From: a virus
Lineage: Duplodnaviria; Caudoviricetes
IMG/VR virus record: IMGVR_UViG_3300031993_000008
Coordinates: 1 to 64,000 of that record
DNA: 64,000 nt
Reading direction: 5' to 3' (one strand)
Each line of letters begins with the position of its first letter. The stretch's first letter is position 1. This document shows, piece after piece, positions 59,681 through 64,000 of the stretch. A program made the position numbers and the translations under genes. The notes below the pieces were generated by a model, which saw nothing but the letters and a program-made list of their open reading frames with translations, did no database searches and had not been told where the DNA came from.

Positions 59681-60475
59681 TTACTTCATATTACGGAATG
59701 AAGTCTTTTTATCAAATCCATGTGACTCCAGGTGCTGAACATCAGTCCTGTTGTCTATTATGGGTGGTTCCTTCATTGAGAGAAGATAATCTGTTATATT
59801 ATTCCACACCTCTTCTGCCGGTATCACTGAAGGTATCCATGTACCCATCATTATAGGGTTCTCATCATATTCACCATATCTGTTGGGTCTTATGTATCCA
59901 ACCCTGGAGAGCATATCATAAAAGTCCTTATCTCTCTTCCATGCTATATTCCAAGGTATGTCATGATGATTATAAGAGAGTCCACCTATTATTATCGGTG
60001 CCTTACAATCAACCTTTGACCTGTCGAATGTAAACTTCTTTCTCAATTTGGGAACAAGTTTAACCTCTGTGTCTGTCTCATTCTGGAGAACCCTATAAAC
60101 ATCAAACATATATGAAACATTACCTATGACTATATTGAAATCATATGAGTTTACATTATATACACCAGGGAACTTATCTGACTTATTGGGATGATAACCT
60201 GGACCACTCTGTCTGTATGCCCAGCCCTGGTTCTTATTCCCTTTATCCCAATCTTCTGCATATGTGGGATTTGCTATGTTTTTAGGGTTAACACCATTCT
60301 TCCATGTACAGAAACATTGTGCATAACCCATAGGGTATCTGTCATACATTAAATCTGATGATGTATTATTGACCAACCGGCGTGAGTTTCTTCTGTCAAA
60401 AGTTATGTGTCCATCTATACCAAACACACCCGCCAGATAATCATAATAATCCTTCTTGTTGTCTATTATTCTCAT
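59681..60475 (-). CDS. Hypothetical phage protein
   Basis: MRIID.KKDYYDY...HGFD.KTSFR; TATCTTTG upstream. Confidence 0.65.
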   Translation of the reverse strand: MRIIDNKKDYYDYLAGVFGIDGHITFDRRNSRRLVNNTSSDLMYDRYPMGYAQCFCTWKNGVNPKNIANPTYAEDWDKGNKNQGWAYRQSGPGYHPNKSDKFPGVYNVNSYDFNIVIGNVSYMFDVYRVLQNETDTEVKLVPKLRKKFTFDRSKVDCKAPIIIGGLSYNHHDIPWNIAWKRDKDFYDMLSRVGYIRPNRYGEYDENPIMMGTWIPSVIPAEEVWNNITDYLLSMKEPPIIDNRTDVQHLESHGFDKKTSFRNMK

Positions 60476-60531
60476 AACTTCACATTTACAATACAAAGAT
60501 AACAGATTTATCTGACATTACCAAATTTTTT

Positions 60532-61674
60532 TTATCTGAATCCAAGCTTCTTTTTCTTCTTGTTGTCCTTGAACTCAATTTCAGGATTGAAGAGTTCAGC
60601 CAATGAAACATCATCATCAACCTTTGCAAGACCAAACCTTTCAGCAACCTTGTTTGCCCTATCCTTGTCAAGAAGTTCAAACTCATACTTACATCTACAT
60701 CTTCCTGGTCTCAAGAGTGCCTCATCAATCTTTTCATATTCAGTATTGAAGGTACATATGATTTTGATGTTGAGTGCATCTGCAAGAAGACCATCAGTCA
60801 TATTGAGCAAGTCTGCGATACCCTCACTTCTTCCGCCACCGTCAACAGTGACAAGACTTTCACAGTCCTCAATGATGAATACACATCCCTTGTGTCTCAA
60901 AAGGAAAGGAAGAATACCTGGATCCGTGAAATCACCAAACAGACTACTTGGAACATAGACAAACTTCATCTTCTCTGTACCACACTCCTTTATTATATGT
61001 CTGATATATGTACTCTTTCCGGTACCAGGCTTTCCATAAAGGAGATAAAGACCATTCTCATCCTCCCTGAGGGATTTTACAATACTGTTATGTACCTCAT
61101 CAAAACCTTCATTGTACATATCAAAATCCAGTTCACCCTTGAGTTTGATATCAAAGTTTTCAAGATAAAGGTCAGGATCCTTCACCATTATGTAACACTT
61201 GGCATTGTCATCATCCTGGTTGTATCCGGACAGATACTTCTTGACCACTTCCTCTATCTTTTCAGGACCAAGATGTGAAACCACATTGAGGGTATCATAG
61301 TCATAATAAATCATAACCGGTTCATTCTTCATTATAACATAGAACCTGTCAGTATAGATTTCTTCACTTATTGATTTCTTTTCATCATCCCCCGGAAGGA
61401 TAGGTCTGACCCTGTCACCCTTTGTCTTCTGCTTGTTATATTCATAGATGAGGGTTTCAAAGTCACCGGTCTTAATCAGATCATTGTAGATGACATTGTA
61501 TATGTCAAACTCCTCCTCATCATCAACCCTGTTGATATCAATATAGTACCTGTATGTGTACATATGACCATACAATTCACCATACCAGTATCCTGGGTCA
61601 ATTGCATATGTTGAAGACTTTACAAACAAACTGTTTGAAATCTGCTTTGTCTCATTTCCTACTTTAATATCCAT
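60532..61674 (-). CDS. AAA ATPase
   Basis: YGKPGTGKS, IIEDCE, LLN.TDG, ID.ALLRPGR, terminal KLGF. Confidence 0.85.
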   Translation of the reverse strand: MDIKVGNETKQISNSLFVKSSTYAIDPGYWYGELYGHMYTYRYYIDINRVDDEEEFDIYNVIYNDLIKTGDFETLIYEYNKQKTKGDRVRPILPGDDEKKSISEEIYTDRFYVIMKNEPVMIYYDYDTLNVVSHLGPEKIEEVVKKYLSGYNQDDDNAKCYIMVKDPDLYLENFDIKLKGELDFDMYNEGFDEVHNSIVKSLREDENGLYLLYGKPGTGKSTYIRHIIKECGTEKMKFVYVPSSLFGDFTDPGILPFLLRHKGCVFIIEDCESLVTVDGGGRSEGIADLLNMTDGLLADALNIKIICTFNTEYEKIDEALLRPGRCRCKYEFELLDKDRANKVAERFGLAKVDDDVSLAELFNPEIEFKDNKKKKKLGFR

Positions 61675-61679
61675 ATCTT

Positions 61680-63017
61680 TTATGCTAAATGTTCATTAGT
61701 ATCTATGCAGTCCGTTCTCTCGATAAGTTTCATCTTTCCATAGTTGATGTCAACTCTGAACTTGTGTCCTTTTCCTTCACCTTCCCTGATTTTCAGAATC
61801 TTGAACCAATAGTAAGGTGTTGCCACACCCTCAATGAGTTCACCTATTCTCATCTCCTCTGTCTGGATAATACCTATACAATTATCAACAGTGTGCATAA
61901 GACCCATTGACTCTGATACATCAGTAATACTGATGTCTGAACTGTCAAGAGCACCTCTACCAATCTGGGATGCTGTTATCATAAGTAGATCATACTTTAC
62001 TGCAAGACCTCTCAAATCTTCAGCCAAAGACTTGAGTTTCAGATAAGTATTCTCTGAATTAGGCTGACGGTAATTACACATAATGTTGATATAGTCAATA
62101 ATTACAATATCAACCTTGTACTTCTGTGTTTCCTCAACCTCTTTGATATATCTCTCAACATCCAGGACTGTACCCTGACCCGTAGGAAGTTCCTTCACAC
62201 GGAGTTTACCAGGTTCAAAGAAACTTGAATTCCTGAAATTCTTAATCTTCTTCTTGACATTGGCAGGATTCTCAACCAGTTTGTCATATTCCTCCAATGT
62301 CATATCAAACATATTGGCAGAAATTCTCCTGGTCACTTTCTCCTTTGCCATCTCACAGGTAATGAACAGTACATTCTTACCCTGTCTTACATAACTGGCA
62401 GCATCATTACAAAGGACTATTGACTTACCAACATTGGTTCCACCTATGTAACAGGTGAGAGTCTTCCTGTCAAGACCACCATGAGAAACCTTGTTCCAAT
62501 ATTCCCAGGTTGATGGTACCTTGTCACCCTTTATGTTGTGGTGACTGTCAGGATCCCAGAAGTCATCACCTAAATCCCTGTCAAATGAAATAAGGTTGGT
62601 GTCTCCAACCAATGCAGCAGCCCTCTGAACAATGTCTGCAACATTATCCAGGGTTATATCAGATGTCTTTACAAGTGCAGCTGCCTCAAACAGGTTATGG
62701 TTGAGTGCCCTGAACTTTATCCAGTTTTCCGTAATGTTCGCAAGCCATTCATTATCATAAGCAGTGATTTCAACATTGTATATTGCATCAACTGTTTCAG
62801 ATGAAATTTCATTCTTATCACCCTTTATGATGGCCTTCATCTGTTCACAGGATGGTGATTCCTTATACTCCTGAAAGAACAGTTTGGCGTTGTTTGCCAG
62901 ATACTGTATATCAGGGTTTGAAAAGAAATCTCCACCCATATCCGGAAGATACTGGGGTTTCTTCAGTGCATATGCAAAGATGATCTTCTCCTGATCAATT
63001 GTGGTCTTCATTCCCAT
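61680..63017 (-). CDS. gp41: Replicative DnaB-like helicase (T4 gp41-like)
   Basis: GGTNVGKS, TCEM, IDYINIM, AEDLRGLA, TASQ, SESMGL. Confidence 0.92.
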   Translation of the reverse strand: MGMKTTIDQEKIIFAYALKKPQYLPDMGGDFFSNPDIQYLANNAKLFFQEYKESPSCEQMKAIIKGDKNEISSETVDAIYNVEITAYDNEWLANITENWIKFRALNHNLFEAAALVKTSDITLDNVADIVQRAAALVGDTNLISFDRDLGDDFWDPDSHHNIKGDKVPSTWEYWNKVSHGGLDRKTLTCYIGGTNVGKSIVLCNDAASYVRQGKNVLFITCEMAKEKVTRRISANMFDMTLEEYDKLVENPANVKKKIKNFRNSSFFEPGKLRVKELPTGQGTVLDVERYIKEVEETQKYKVDIVIIDYINIMCNYRQPNSENTYLKLKSLAEDLRGLAVKYDLLMITASQIGRGALDSSDISITDVSESMGLMHTVDNCIGIIQTEEMRIGELIEGVATPYYWFKILKIREGEGKGHKFRVDINYGKMKLIERTDCIDTNEHLA

Positions 63018-63029
63018 AATTCACACGGT

Positions 63030-63296
63030 TTAATCCCAAGGTGTTTTAACAATCTTATATCTTGTGTTGTTCTTCTGTATATATCCATTTGAGGTGAGTT
63101 CATCAATGATTTTTGACACACCCTCCTCATCCAGGTTATATTTGTTCTGAAGTTTTGCATCAGAGAACAAATTAGTATCCGGACTCTCCACACAACTGTC
63201 ATACAGAACATCCAATGGTGTTGGATAATCCGGCAGGCATTTGTTGATACCTGTTATATATCTTACCTCTACTTTTTCCTTGTTTATACTTATCAT
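63030..63296 (-). CDS. Small protein, possibly winged-helix
   Basis: IIDEL...GYI C-terminal pattern; upstream of helicase. Confidence 0.45.
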   Translation of the reverse strand: MISINKEKVEVRYITGINKCLPDYPTPLDVLYDSCVESPDTNLFSDAKLQNKYNLDEEGVSKIIDELTSNGYIQKNNTRYKIVKTPWD

Positions 63297-63380
63297 ATTA
63301 TAAACACTTCTTATCACCATAAAAAATAACAAAAAACATGTAAATCCATAAATAATTTATACCTTATAAATAAAAAAACT

Positions 63381-64000
63381 ATGATTTTAACTTTTAGAGA
63401 CTACCAATCTTGTAGTGTTGATTTCAACACATTGGGACAGATAAATGAGTCACATCAGTATTCTGATGCAATCAGTTCTGTCATGGATAAGTTCACTTTC
63501 TACATAAAGAGAAATGTCGCTCTTCAGAACAGTACCCTCAATGAGGCAGCAAAGAGAGCATACAGTAAGGATATCAAGTTCAACAGAGATGAAAGAGTCG
63601 CTGCCATCTGCATATTCAATGAAATGCTCAAACAGTATGAAGAGAATATGAAAGAGGAACTTGCTGTATGTGAAGCAATCATCAATAATGAGTCAGTCCT
63701 TGAAGAAGGTGTTGAATATGATGAGGAAACTCTTTCAAACATCCTTTCACTTAATGAGGAAATCAAGATATTCAAGAAATTGAAGAATGTCACAAAGACT
63801 GTCCTTGATGGTGCAAAAGACCTTTCTGTAAAAGGTATTGAGGTTGTAAAAGCAAAGAAGGAAGACCTTATTACCTGGGCCAAGGAAGCAAAGAAAGAAT
63901 TTGAGGAAAAATACAATGCCCTCAAAGAACTCATCAGTGATATTGTAGAGAAAGGTATTGACAGTATTGAGAAATTCATAAACAAGATTCTTGAAGTATT
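63381..64000 (+). CDS. Late putative internal head protein (runs off window end; not in ORF track)
   Basis: Hand translation MILTFRDYQS...QINES...TLNEA...NNES.LEEG...LNEE; CATAAATA at 63347-63354. Confidence 0.7.
   Translation, partial: MILTFRDYQSCSVDFNTLGQINESHQYSDAISSVMDKFTFYIKRNVALQNSTLNEAAKRAYSKDIKFNRDERVAAICIFNEMLKQYEENMKEELAVCEAIINNESVLEEGVEYDEETLSNILSLNEEIKIFKKLKNVTKTVLDGAKDLSVKGIEVVKAKKEDLITWAKEAKKEFEEKYNALKELISDIVEKGIDSIEKFINKILEV

Noticed and set aside
1-64000. Stop-codon recoding (TAG to Gln, as in Lak and some crAss-like phages)
   Set aside because: All large early and late genes are intact in the standard code, coding density is high, and TAG acts as a normal stop (e.g. 2432, 13432, 18858)
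1-64000. tRNA, rRNA, introns, inteins, integrase, reverse transcriptase
   Set aside because: No recognisable signatures by eye; intergenic spaces are short and explained by terminators/promoters (tRNAscan/Infernal not run)

Overview
A 64 kb, AT-rich segment of a T4-like (myovirus) jumbo phage read in the standard genetic code. The host is probably Bacteroidota, judged from TAnnTTTG-type promoters, no obvious Shine-Dalgarno sites and gene families typical of Bacteroidales phages. About 1-25 kb is a dense minus-strand accessory region. It holds small Zn-ribbon proteins, a NADAR/gp30.3 homolog, a HAD nucleotidase, Tpt1/KptA, three GT92-like glycosyltransferases and a DNA-methylation cluster. About 26-49 kb holds late genes: major capsid gp23, a prohead protease-scaffold fusion, portal gp20, sheath gp18, tube gp19, fibre-like proteins and PhoH. 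About 49-64 kb holds a late-promoter MoxR-AAA / Zn-peptidase / vWA module, Dam, an AAA ATPase and the gp41 helicase. Two candidate undescribed systems stand out. (1) A split C5 DNA methyltransferase: one catalytic subunit, three alternative motif IX-X subunits and a free TRD protein, co-encoded with an SAH nucleosidase and a PD-(D/E)xK nuclease. (2) A large family of late genes with T4-type capsid-targeting / (I/L/V)NE protease-cleavage motifs, including the whole MoxR-vWA-metallopeptidase module and a glycine-zipper pro-peptide, which suggests a virion-packaged, injected machine. All calls are from motif recognition by eye; no database searches were run.
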